Below the pieces are notes generated by a model that saw only the letters and a program-made list of their open reading frames with translations, ran no database searches and was not told where the DNA came from. The position numbers were made by a program, and so were the translations under genes. Positions 60,716 to 61,409 of a stretch of DNA of 61,409 nucleotides are shown here, one piece after another (within the stretch, counting starts at the first letter, position 1; each line of letters begins with the position of its first letter). Source of the stretch: Candidatus Kerfeldbacteria bacterium CG08_land_8_20_14_0_20_40_16 (GTDB taxonomy: Bacteria > Patescibacteriota > Patescibacteriia > UM-FILTER-42-10); assembly GCA_002774635.1 (NCBI GenBank), contig PEXU01000049.1:1-61409 (forward strand). The letters run 5' to 3'.

Positions 60716-61171
60716 CTATAGTAGTCCAGAAGACGAAGCAGTGTGCGCTCCTAGAGGTAGGCTGCCTGAAGCCTGTTCCAATGAAAAGTAAATGCTATAA
60801 TCCGTTGCGCCGCTGTTCAGGTAAGAATAGTCACATCTTGTTGCTTGAGCAGGAGTACATCCTCCTGTGCTACTAGTTGGATCATTAATATTAGTTATGC
60901 CGCTTATATAGGTTGTTAGTCCATTAGATGTGCAAGCAGCTCCAGTCATAGCAGAAACTTCCTGTATCGAAGTACAAGTAGGATAGGATGCGAATTGATT
61001 AAAATACATCTCTAATCCGGTTTGTACTTGTCTGACATCAGCAATTCTCTTAGCGTCTCTAGAACTGGTTCTGGCACTATTTAAAGCCACTACAGCAATA
61101 GTAGCCAATAAACCAATAATGGCGATAACTACCAATAACTCGATTAAGGTAAAGCCTTTTTTGTTTCTCAT
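60716..61171 (-). CDS. Type IV major pilin-like protein
   Basis: KKG|FTLIELLVVIAIIGLLA, SRDAKRIAD; strong AGGAGGTG Shine-Dalgarno; Ser/Thr-rich body. Confidence 0.9.
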   Translation of the reverse strand: MRNKKGFTLIELLVVIAIIGLLATIAVVALNSARTSSRDAKRIADVRQVQTGLEMYFNQFASYPTCTSIQEVSAMTGAACTSNGLTTYISGITNINDPTSSTGGCTPAQATRCDYSYLNSGATDYSIYFSLEQASGSLPLGAHTASSSGLL

Positions 61172-61409
61172 TTTCTCACCTCCTTCCTCTTGTTTGTGGT
61201 TTTAATTATTAAAACTATATTGTTTCGAGTAAAACAGCTAATATAATATTAACAAAATTTTCCCTATTTGTCAAACCACTCAATCTGGGTTATCAACAAC
61301 TATTATTATAGCAGAAAACGGCAAGGTAGTAAATAGCGACTGGTAATGTCCACACACATATGGCGGTTTTCCCTCTGAGCCGTTAGGCTTGGGAAATGAG
61401 TATAAATAT

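Noticed and set aside
61285..61409. Possible 3' end of a gene entering from the window edge
   Set aside because: Two frames are open and neither is recognisable, so it cannot be called

Overview
AT-rich bacterial chromosome segment, very probably from a Patescibacteria (CPR) genome. The evidence is that uL30 is missing between rpsE and rplO, Shine-Dalgarno sites are rare, a DUF5667 protein is present and there is a CPR-style pilin cluster. Most of the window is housekeeping: partial asnS, dnaB-ybaB-recR, rplU, the str/S10/spc superoperon from rpsL to secY-adk-map, rpmB, mscS, a P-type ATPase, ndk, gatCA and ligA. It ends with a type IV pilin and protein glycosylation locus. The unusual biology is in non-coding DNA and small in-frame insertions. 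(1) A compact tRNA-Lys-linked element carries a large serine recombinase whose upstream non-coding region holds a segmented inverted copy of the gene's own 3' end, including an in-frame alternative C-terminus; it is a candidate self-inverting switch or att-complementary RNA. (2) An intact tRNA-Pro is nested in the anticodon of a complete ghost tRNA-Pro that has been split by REP-like hairpin insertions. (3) A RAYT transposase carries GTAG-type REPs in frame inside its own ORF and sits between an O-antigen-ligase-like ORF and a TPR ORF. (4) A MITE-like element is inserted in frame in the cleavable leader of a minor pilin. (5) The exit-tunnel proteins uL23 and uL22 have long charged tails ending in amphipathic-looking motifs. 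(6) An Mpv17/PMP22-family gene is frameshifted. All calls are by eye, without database searches.
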